DNA of 32,000 bases from Mycolicibacterium smegmatis (lineage in GTDB: Bacteria; Actinomycetota; Actinomycetes; Mycobacteriales; Mycobacteriaceae), in the NCBI RefSeq assembly GCF_001457595.1, contig NZ_LN831039.1, forward strand, positions 5,730,001 through 5,762,000, written 5' to 3'. The position numbers were made by a program, and so were the translations under genes. The notes under the pieces were generated by a model that did not search any database, was not told the DNA's origin, and saw only the letters and a program-made list of their open reading frames with translations. Of the stretch, positions 10,738 through 17,680 are shown one piece after another. Numbering within the stretch: the first letter of the stretch is position 1; each line of letters starts with the position of its first letter.

Positions 10738-11885
10738 GCGCTCGCCCGCTCGGCCACACCGGGTGGCTCGGTCAGCACCTCGCGCAACGTCATCCGCGTG
10801 CGCTGACGCAGCACGTTGCGGTAGATCTGCTCGTATCCCGCGCCGAACCGGCCGACCCCGAAGTGCGCCGCGACGTGCCTGCGGCACGCGGCGGGGTCGA
10901 GATGCGTGGCCTTTTCCATCGCCGCCGGAAGTTCCTCGGGCACATCGCAGATCACGCCCGTGACACCGTCGACGATCACCTCGGGCACCGCGCCGCCACG
11001 CAGCGCGACCACCGGTGTACCGCAGGCCATGGCCTCGATCATCACCATGCCGAACGGCTCTTCCCACTGGATCGGGAAGACCAGGCAGCGGGCCTCGGCG
11101 AGCAGCTTGCGCTTGGCCTGCGCGTCGGCCATGCCGAACACGTGATCGCTGTCGGTGAGCAGCGGTTTCACCTGCTCGTCGAAGTACGCGATCTCGGGCG
11201 GTTCACTGCACTTGCCTGCCAGGACCAGCGGCATGCCTGCGGCGTGCCCGGCCTCCAGCGCGAGGTGCGCACCCTTGTACGGCGCGTACCGGCCGAGGAA
11301 CAGCGCATAGTCCTTCTTCACGGTGTTGAACGGCCAGTCGTCGATACGCAGCGCATTGTGCACGCGGCCAACCCAATTCAGGTCGGGAGCGAGCTCACGC
11401 TGGCGGTCGCTGATCGCGATCAGGCCGATGTCGTCGCCGAGTTCGCGGTAATAGGGGTACAGGTCCTCGTCGATCGGGCCGTGCACCGTGACCACAGTGG
11501 GCAACCCGAGCTTGCGGTAGAACGGAGCGTTGAGCGGGCCTGCGAACGTGTGATCGTGCACGATGTCGACGCCTTCGGTGGCGGCGATGCGCTCGATGGC
11601 CTTACGCACCTTGAGCGCGTGCATGATCTCCGGGTACGGCTGGCCCAGACGATCGGGAAGTGTGCGCTCCCACAGGGGTTGGAAGCGCGCAGCAGTCCCC
11701 GGTGCTCCTGCACCCAACACCGTCACGTGGTGGCCGCGGGCGGTCAGCGTATCGGCGAGATCCGCGACGACGGCTTCGGTGCCGCCGTAGCCCTTGGGGG
11801 GAATGTCGAAGTAGGGCGGCGCGACGAGCACGATCCGCAGCGGATCGTCCACATCGGCCGGGGCGAGGATATCGTTGCCGCTCAC
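10734..11885 (-). CDS. GT4-family (group 1) glycosyltransferase
   Basis: It has the GT-B/GT4 N-terminal motif (RIVLVAPPYFDIPPKGYGGTE) and the C-terminal E-x7-E region (WEEPFGMVMIEAMACGTPVV). The GTG start has a strong SD, AGGAGG (11894-11899, minus strand), 8 nt upstream. Confidence 0.9.
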   Translation of the reverse strand: MSGNDILAPADVDDPLRIVLVAPPYFDIPPKGYGGTEAVVADLADTLTARGHHVTVLGAGAPGTAARFQPLWERTLPDRLGQPYPEIMHALKVRKAIERIAATEGVDIVHDHTFAGPLNAPFYRKLGLPTVVTVHGPIDEDLYPYYRELGDDIGLIAISDRQRELAPDLNWVGRVHNALRIDDWPFNTVKKDYALFLGRYAPYKGAHLALEAGHAAGMPLVLAGKCSEPPEIAYFDEQVKPLLTDSDHVFGMADAQAKRKLLAEARCLVFPIQWEEPFGMVMIEAMACGTPVVALRGGAVPEVIVDGVTGVICDVPEELPAAMEKATHLDPAACRRHVAAHFGVGRFGAGYEQIYRNVLRQRTRMTLREVLTEPPGVAERASA

Positions 11886-11922
11886 GCTGTCAACCTCCTA
11901 CTCACTCAATTGCGCGGCCGCG

Positions 11923-11949
11923 TTAGCACTCTCATCCGACGAGTGCCAA
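11923..11949. promoter_or_regulatory. CIRCE-like inverted repeat (candidate HrcA operator)
   Basis: TTAGCACTC-tcatccgac-GAGTGCCAA matches the CIRCE consensus TTAGCACTC-N9-GAGTGCTAA at 17 of 18 arm positions with the exact 9-nt spacer. It lies in the 128-bp divergent region between the GT4 gene and accD3. Confidence 0.65.
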
Positions 11950-12013
11950 TTATGGTCAAGCCAACCCACTTTCGGCAACCGGAACTCGTCGACGCGTCGG
12001 CTAACCTTCGAAT

Positions 12014-13483
12014 GTGAGTCGGATCGGCGCTCTGGCGCTTCGGGATGCAGTGCTGGACGAGGGCTCGTTCCGCAGCTGGGACACGGCGCCCCTGGACGTC
12101 GGCGCCGACGACGAGTACCGCCGTGAACTGGCCGAGGCCTCGGCCAAGACCGGGCTGGACGAATCAGTGCTGACCGGCGAGGGCACGGTGTTCGGCAGGC
12201 GCGTCGCGGTGGTGGCGTGTGAGTTCGACTTCCTCGCCGGATCGATCGGCGTGGCCGCGGCCGAGCGCATCACCGCGGCCGTGCAGCGCGCGACCGCCGA
12301 ACGCCTGCCACTGCTGGCGTCGCCGAGCTCGGGCGGCACGCGCATGCAGGAGGGCACGGTCGCGTTCCTGCAGATGGTCAAGATCGCCGCGGCCGTCGAG
12401 CTGCACAAGCAGGCCCATCTCCCCTACCTCGTGTACCTGCGTCATCCCACGACCGGCGGGGTGTTCGCGTCGTGGGGATCGCTGGGCCACGTCACCGCGG
12501 CCGAACCGGGCGCGCTGATCGGCTTCCTCGGCCCGCGCGTGTACGAGCACCTCTACGGCGAACCGTTCCCGTCTGGCGTGCAGACCGCCGAGAACCTGCA
12601 CGCCCACGGCGTCATCGACGGTGTGGTGCCGCTTGCGCTGCTGCGCGAGACGCTCGACCGGACCCTGCGCGTGGTGGCCGACCCGCCGGGACCTGCGCCT
12701 GCCGTCATCGAGACCGAGGACCTGCCGGACGTGCCGGCCTGGGACTCGGTGATCGCGTCGCGTCGGCCCGACCGCCCCGGCGTCGGCTTCCTGCTGCGCC
12801 ACGGCGCGACCGATCAGGTGCTGCTGTCGGGCACCGAACGGGGCGAGGCCGCGACGACGCTGCTCGCGCTCGCCCGGTTCGGCGGTCAGCCCGCCGTGGT
12901 GCTGGGCCAGCGTCGTATCGTCGGCGGCCTGGTGGGCCCCGGCGCACTGCGCGAGGCCCGCCGCGGCATGGCGTTGGCCGCCGGACTGCAGCTACCGCTC
13001 GTGCTGGTGATCGACACCGCCGGGCCCGCGCTGTCGACCGAGGCCGAGCAGGGCGGGCTGGCCGGTGAGATCGCGCGCTGCCTGGCCGAACTCGTCACGC
13101 TCGACACCCCGACCGTGTCGGTGCTCATGGGTCAGGGCAGCGGCGGGCCGGCACTGGCGATGGTTCCCGCCGACCGCGTGCTCGCGGCGTCCAACGGCTG
13201 GCTCGCGCCACTGCCGCCCGAAGGTGCGAGCGCCATCGTCTACCGCGACACCGAGCATGCCCCCGAACTCGCTGCCGCACAGGGTGTCCGGGCCGTCGAC
13301 CTGCTACGCCACGGCATCGTCGACGTCGTCGTCGCCGAGAAACCCGATGCCGCCGACGAGCCACGCGCCTTCACGGCCCGGTTGTCCACCGCGATCGCCG
13401 CCGAATTGCACAACCTGCGTGCCGTTCCCGACGACGAGCGTCTGCAGACGCGGTTGCAGCGGTACCGCCGGATCGGGTTGTAG
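12014..13483 (+). CDS. accD3: acetyl/propionyl-CoA carboxylase carboxyltransferase beta subunit, AccD3-like
   Basis: 489 aa with the carboxyltransferase core (CEFDFLAGSIGVAAAERI, SSGGTRMQEGTVAFLQM, HPTTGGVFASWGSLG). Length and synteny match Rv0904c. The start codon is GTG. Confidence 0.85.
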   Translation: MSRIGALALRDAVLDEGSFRSWDTAPLDVGADDEYRRELAEASAKTGLDESVLTGEGTVFGRRVAVVACEFDFLAGSIGVAAAERITAAVQRATAERLPLLASPSSGGTRMQEGTVAFLQMVKIAAAVELHKQAHLPYLVYLRHPTTGGVFASWGSLGHVTAAEPGALIGFLGPRVYEHLYGEPFPSGVQTAENLHAHGVIDGVVPLALLRETLDRTLRVVADPPGPAPAVIETEDLPDVPAWDSVIASRRPDRPGVGFLLRHGATDQVLLSGTERGEAATTLLALARFGGQPAVVLGQRRIVGGLVGPGALREARRGMALAAGLQLPLVLVIDTAGPALSTEAEQGGLAGEIARCLAELVTLDTPTVSVLMGQGSGGPALAMVPADRVLAASNGWLAPLPPEGASAIVYRDTEHAPELAAAQGVRAVDLLRHGIVDVVVAEKPDAADEPRAFTARLSTAIAAELHNLRAVPDDERLQTRLQRYRRIGL

Positions 13484-13500
13484 TTCTTGCGCCACTTCGC

Positions 13501-13556
13501 CGCTCGTAACGCCACGGCGGAATTTTCGCGATTTTTCCGCCGTGGCGTTACGAGCG
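13501..13556. repeat. 56-bp perfect palindrome, copy 1 (22-bp stem, 12-nt loop); probable accD3 terminator
   Basis: CGCTCGTAACGCCACGGCGGAA-ttttcgcgattt-TTCCGCCGTGGCGTTACGAGCG begins 18 nt after the accD3 stop. There is no downstream T-tract. Confidence 0.85.
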
Positions 13557-13590
13557 CGGAGTTGTCGGTGCCCCTCGGCACACTCCTGCC

Positions 13591-14427
13591 ATGGGGGAAC
13601 CATTCATCGGAAGTGAGGCGCTCGCGGCGGGCACGCTGACGCGTCATCAACTGCGCAGCCGCTTCATCGCGGTCTATCAGGACATCTACGTCGCAAAGGG
13701 CACACTGCCCACGGCGATACTGCGAGCCAAGGCGTGCTGGCTGCGGTCGAGACGACGCGGTGTGCTGGCCGGATACTCCGCCGCGGCCTTGCATGGCGCC
13801 CGATGGATTGACCCCGGTCTGCCTGCCTACATCCTGGACACCAACCGTCGCCCGGCGCGCGGCGTGGTCGTCTGGAGCGACGCGATAGAAGACGACGAGA
13901 TCTGCCTGATCGGCGACATGCGCGTCACCACGCCGGTGCGCACCGCCCTCGACCTGGCCTGCAAGTTTCCCGAGGACGTCGCGGTACCGGCCATCGATTC
14001 ACTGGCCAGGGCCGCGAAACTCAAGGTGGCCGACATCGAGCTGGCCGCCGAGCATCACGCGGCACGAAGAGGAATCCGGCAGGCGCGCACCATCATCGCC
14101 CTCGTCGACCCCGGTGCCGAATCACCGCGCGAGACCTGGTTACGGCTCGTGGTCGTGCGTGCCGGATATCCGCCACCACAGACGCAGTACGCGGTGCTCA
14201 ACGAGTACGGCGCACTGATCGGGGAAGTCGACATGGCCTGGCCCGAGCTCAAGATCGCGCTGGAGTACGAGGGGCAACACCACACGGATCCGGTCACGCT
14301 GCGCAAAGACATCCAGCGGGCGGACGAGATGATGGAAAACGGCTGGATCGTGATCCGCGTGACCGCACGCGACGGCGAAGCAACCGTGCTCAAGCGGGTC
14401 GCGAAGGCATGGGCCTCGCGCTCGTAA
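13591..14427 (+). CDS. DUF559 / PD-(D/E)xK (Vsr-like) endonuclease-domain protein with AbiEi-like N-terminal domain
   Basis: The C-terminal motif D-x-AWPELKIALEYEGQHH...RKDIQRADEMMENGWIVIRV is typical of DUF559. The N-terminal region (GTLTRHQLRSRFIAVYQDIYV) resembles AbiEi-type wHTH regions. The TAA stop (14425-14427) lies inside palindrome copy 2. Confidence 0.75.
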   Translation: MGEPFIGSEALAAGTLTRHQLRSRFIAVYQDIYVAKGTLPTAILRAKACWLRSRRRGVLAGYSAAALHGARWIDPGLPAYILDTNRRPARGVVVWSDAIEDDEICLIGDMRVTTPVRTALDLACKFPEDVAVPAIDSLARAAKLKVADIELAAEHHAARRGIRQARTIIALVDPGAESPRETWLRLVVVRAGYPPPQTQYAVLNEYGALIGEVDMAWPELKIALEYEGQHHTDPVTLRKDIQRADEMMENGWIVIRVTARDGEATVLKRVAKAWASRS

Positions 14428-14474
14428 CGCCACGGCGGAAATTTCGCGATTTTTCCGCCGTGGCGTTACGAGCG
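14419..14474. repeat. 56-bp palindrome, copy 2 (differs from copy 1 by one loop base); bidirectional terminator position
   Basis: CGCTCGTAACGCCACGGCGGAA-atttcgcgattt-TTCCGCCGTGGCGTTACGAGCG lies between the convergent DUF559 gene (stop inside the repeat) and the yhgE/pip-like gene (stop 5 nt away). Confidence 0.85.
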
Positions 14475-14479
14475 GCGCA

Positions 14480-16486
14480 TCAGACTTCGATCGGGGGCCG
14501 CAGGCGGTCCATGGTGTACTGCCGGTTTCGTCTGGCGGCCCACGCACTGCCTGCCAGTGATACCGCGAGCAGGCCCGTGAGCACCACGATCGCGATCCAC
14601 AACCGCGAGTCGACACCGCCCACGATCACCTGCCGAAGACCGTTGACGGCGTAGGTCATCGGGTCGACGGGGTGCAGGATCTGGAACGGTTTGGCCGTGG
14701 TCTCGACGGGATAGATGCCGCCCGCGGACACGAGCTGCAGCATCAGGAACGCCAGGGTGACGACGCGGCCCACCGACACCCCGAACAGGGCATTGAACGC
14801 CTGGATGAGCGCGAGGAACGTCGCCGCGACGAGGATCAGGAACCCGACCGTGGCGAGCGGGTACTTCGCCTGCAGACCGACGCCGAAGTGGACCACGACG
14901 TACATCACCACGACCTGGCACACCGCGATCAGCAGGCCGGGCCAGTAGGACGCCAGCACGACGCGCAGCGCGCCGAGGCCGTTGACGACGGGCCGGGTCT
15001 GCAAGGGCTTCAACAGCATCCAGATGATCAGCGCGCCGATGAACAACGCCAGCGGCAGGAAGAACGGGGCAAACCCGGTGCCGAACGTGACCGCGGGGTT
15101 GTGGGTCTCGATGTCCAGCGCGACGGGCGCGGACAGGGTCCGGGCGACCTCGGTGCGCTGCTGCGGGGTCCACGACGGCACCTGGGTCGACCCGTCGCGC
15201 AGCGCGGTGGCCAACTGCCGGCTGCCCGTCTCGAGCTTCTCGGTGCCCGCGGCGAGTTCGTTTGCGCCGTTGGACAGTTGACGTCCACCGTTGGTCAGCT
15301 GCACGAGCCCGCTGTTGAGGGCCTGGGCCCCGCTGTTGAGCTGTTGGGCACCGTCGCGCAGCTTGACGACGTCGGCGCGCAGACCGCCGTTGAGGGCCTT
15401 GGTGATGAACGTGCGCATCTTGCTGTTGGGATCGCCGAGTTCGTTCTCAAGCTCGGCCGCGCTGTCGCGCAACTTGATCAGGCCGTCGTCGGTGGTGGGG
15501 TCGATACCGCGCGAGGTCAGGATCCGGTGGGCCCCGGCCAGGAACTCGCCGGTGTCGCGGGCCGTGGGGTCGGGGCTGTTGCGCAGGAAGTTGACGGCCT
15601 GGTCGACGATCGCGGCGGCCTGCGCCTGATCGATGTTGAGCGCCGCGATGCGATCGGTCGTCGAGCGCACGGCACCCGACAGGCGCTGTGCGGCACGGCC
15701 GACCTCGTCGGGATCGAGGCCGAGATCGCCGACACGGTCGAGCACGTGCAGCAGCGGATCGGTGGCGGTGGTGACGGCCGTCGACAACTGACGCGTGCCC
15801 GCGGCGAGCTGCGCCGAACCGTCGCGCGCGGTCACCAGACCGGCGGTCAGCGCGTCGGCGCCCGAGGCCAGGCGTTGCGCGCCGTCGTTGGCCGCGGCGT
15901 TGCCGTCGGCGAGTTGCTGGGCGCCGTCGGCGGCCTTGATCAGGCCCTCACCGGCGTCGGTGAGCCCCGTGAGCACCGTGCCGACCGTGCGCTCGCCGAT
16001 CCGGGCGTTGATCTGGTTGATCACCTCACGCGCGGCGTTCTGCCCGATGATCGAGCCCAGGTAGTTGTTGGCGTCGTTGAACGTGAAGCGCAGCGTGGCC
16101 TGCTGCGGCGAGTCACCCGACGGCGACGCGATGGCCTCGCTGAAGTCCTCGGGCAGCGTGATCGAGAAGTAGTACCTGCCGCTGGACACACCGTCGGCGG
16201 CCTCGTCGGCCGAGACCCGGTGAAGCTGCAACTCCCCCGAGTCGACCAGGGCGTCGGACACCTCCTGGCCCGCGTTGAGCCGCTCGCCCTGCGCGACGGC
16301 ACCCTTGTCCTCGTTGACCAGGGCGACCGGGACCTTGTCGACCTCGTTGAACGGGTTCCAGAACGCCCACAGGTACATCGCGCCGTACAGCAGCGGCATG
16401 AAGATCACGATGACCAGCGCGATGCGTGGCATGGCGCCGCGGGAGAACCGCTTGAAATCGGTGCCGAGAGACATTCCGGCGAGCAC
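14480..16486 (-). CDS. YhgE/Pip-domain membrane protein (ABC-2-type permease-like)
   Basis: 668 aa. An N-terminal TM segment is followed by a large extracytoplasmic helical domain with reiterated x-x-x-L-x-x-G heptads (GAQQLADGNAAANDGAQRLASGADALTAGL..., GAQQLNSGAQALNSGLVQLTNGGRQLSNGANELAAG) and a C-terminal bundle of about 5 TM segments. GTG start at 16486; an alternative ATG is at 16474. Confidence 0.85.
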   Translation of the reverse strand: MLAGMSLGTDFKRFSRGAMPRIALVIVIFMPLLYGAMYLWAFWNPFNEVDKVPVALVNEDKGAVAQGERLNAGQEVSDALVDSGELQLHRVSADEAADGVSSGRYYFSITLPEDFSEAIASPSGDSPQQATLRFTFNDANNYLGSIIGQNAAREVINQINARIGERTVGTVLTGLTDAGEGLIKAADGAQQLADGNAAANDGAQRLASGADALTAGLVTARDGSAQLAAGTRQLSTAVTTATDPLLHVLDRVGDLGLDPDEVGRAAQRLSGAVRSTTDRIAALNIDQAQAAAIVDQAVNFLRNSPDPTARDTGEFLAGAHRILTSRGIDPTTDDGLIKLRDSAAELENELGDPNSKMRTFITKALNGGLRADVVKLRDGAQQLNSGAQALNSGLVQLTNGGRQLSNGANELAAGTEKLETGSRQLATALRDGSTQVPSWTPQQRTEVARTLSAPVALDIETHNPAVTFGTGFAPFFLPLALFIGALIIWMLLKPLQTRPVVNGLGALRVVLASYWPGLLIAVCQVVVMYVVVHFGVGLQAKYPLATVGFLILVAATFLALIQAFNALFGVSVGRVVTLAFLMLQLVSAGGIYPVETTAKPFQILHPVDPMTYAVNGLRQVIVGGVDSRLWIAIVVLTGLLAVSLAGSAWAARRNRQYTMDRLRPPIEV

Positions 16487-16488
16487 GG

Positions 16489-17217
16489 CTACTTCTCACC
16501 CTTCTGTGCTGAGGCCAGCTCGGCCGGTGTGGTGTTCGGTACCGCGATGTGGGTCACGGCAGGGTTGCTCACCGGGTTGACCGTGGCGGTGACGACGGTT
16601 TGCTGCTCGCCGAGCGCGATCAGGCGTTCTGCGAGCAGTTCGCGGTTGCGGTCGTCGGTGACGTGGTCGAAATCGCCGACCACGAGCAGCGGCGGTCTCG
16701 ACGTGTTGGCCAGCGCGATCCGCAGCAGGACCCGGTCGAGTTCGGTGAGTTCGTCGAAGTACTCACCCAGCGGAGGCAGGGGCAGGTCACCGAACACCGG
16801 GCCGCACAGTGCGGCGAGGTCGTCGGCACCGGCACGCGGCACGCGCCGGTACCACGGCGCGTCCCACCGGCGCTGCTCGGTGATGACGTCGGCCACGGTC
16901 ACCGACTCGGGGACGGCGTCGATGTCCTCCACCGCCGCGACTGCCGAGATGTCGAAGATGTCCTTGGCGCGGGTGCGGCCGAGCACCGTCACCTCGCCGG
17001 ACTGCGGTTTCATCCGCCCGGCCAGCGTGAGCAGCAGCGCGGTGCGGCCCGCACCCGACGGCGCCACCAGCGCGGTCACGCCGCCTTCTGCGATGTCGAG
17101 GTCGACGGGCCCGTACACCGGGCCGAACGGCCCGCGCATCGTGATCTCCCGCGCGGTGATCGCCGGCGGTTTTTGCTCGTCGGCGTCCGGATCAGGCTCG
17201 GCAGTTAGCTGAGGCAT
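16489..17217 (-). CDS. ABC-transporter ATPase-like protein with degenerate catalytic motifs
   Basis: 242 aa with an NBD-like layout. Walker A is APSGAGRT (Arg instead of Lys, codon 17044-17046). LTELD stands where LSGGQ is expected. The Walker B region is LLVVGDFD (16666-16689) instead of hhhhDE. Its stop is 2 nt from the yhgE/pip start. Confidence 0.75.
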   Translation of the reverse strand: MPQLTAEPDPDADEQKPPAITAREITMRGPFGPVYGPVDLDIAEGGVTALVAPSGAGRTALLLTLAGRMKPQSGEVTVLGRTRAKDIFDISAVAAVEDIDAVPESVTVADVITEQRRWDAPWYRRVPRAGADDLAALCGPVFGDLPLPPLGEYFDELTELDRVLLRIALANTSRPPLLVVGDFDHVTDDRNRELLAERLIALGEQQTVVTATVNPVSNPAVTHIAVPNTTPAELASAQKGEK

Positions 17218-17380
17218 GCGTCAATCTCATCACACGCGTCACGCTGTCGCGCACAGGCGAGCACATGTCGCGCGTCCTGCCGGTTCCTGTGTGAATGCCG
17301 CGGACTTGCGGTCCACTGGCACAACCCATTTGGGGACCGGTTTCCGACAGCCGTGAAACTCAGTTGCTCGGCACCGCATG

Positions 17381-17386
17381 TACAGT
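17381..17386 (+). promoter_or_regulatory. candidate -10 hexamer (TACAGT) for the M-box transcript
   Basis: It fits the mycobacterial TANNNT pattern and lies 15 nt upstream of the first aptamer base. No convincing -35 element was seen. Confidence 0.3.
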
Positions 17387-17400
17387 GTCAAATGAAAACC

Positions 17401-17568
17401 GCGCTTCGTTAGGTGAGGCTCCTACACGAACACAGGCCACTGATCCGACGACGTCGAGAGACGCCCAGGGTTAGGACAGATCTTCCCGGCCTAAGGGATG
17501 ATCCGAAGTGGCTTCCCACCTCAAGGTGGGACACGTCGTGCAGTGCCAAAGCTCTGATGAGGAAGTGC
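17401..17568 (+). promoter_or_regulatory. M-box (ykoK leader) Mg2+-sensing riboswitch aptamer
   Basis: It contains the near-invariant M-box strings CUUCGUUAGGUGAGGCUCCU (5' side), AGAGACGC, UAAGG and CAGUGCCAAAGCUCUGAUGA (3' side). These are closed by P1 GCGCUUC/GAAGUGC. The length of about 168 nt is comparable to the Bacillus subtilis mgtE M-box. Confidence 0.88.
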
Positions 17569-17680
17569 TCGCGCCACTCGGCGCGTCCGGCCATGTGCCC
17601 GACTTCCTCTTCAGCGCGCATCTGACGGTTGCGTGCAGAACAGCTGCGCCCCGTGCGCCCGGTAGCGAGGAGGTGACGAC

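Noticed and set aside
10738-11067. The N-terminal 110-codon extension of the GDE-like ORF (ORF-track start 11067).
   Set aside because: The extension overlaps the 3' end of the GT4 gene in another frame and is Arg/Gly-rich. The ATG at 10737 gives the conserved family N-terminus and a classic ATGA stop/start overlap.
14672-17212. An 846-aa ORF on the plus strand, the longest in the window.
   Set aside because: It lies entirely antisense to the yhgE/pip and ABC-ATPase genes. Its translation is low-complexity Arg/Gly/Asp/His-rich with no recognisable motif, whereas the minus-strand products show clear family signatures. This is the typical high-G+C antisense open frame.
17218-17380. Possible CRP-type (TGTGA-N6-TCACA) or other operator sites in the divergent region between the ABC-ATPase gene and the M-box.
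   Set aside because: Only a half-site (CTGTGTGAAT around 17288) is present, with no matching second half. There is not enough evidence to call a site.
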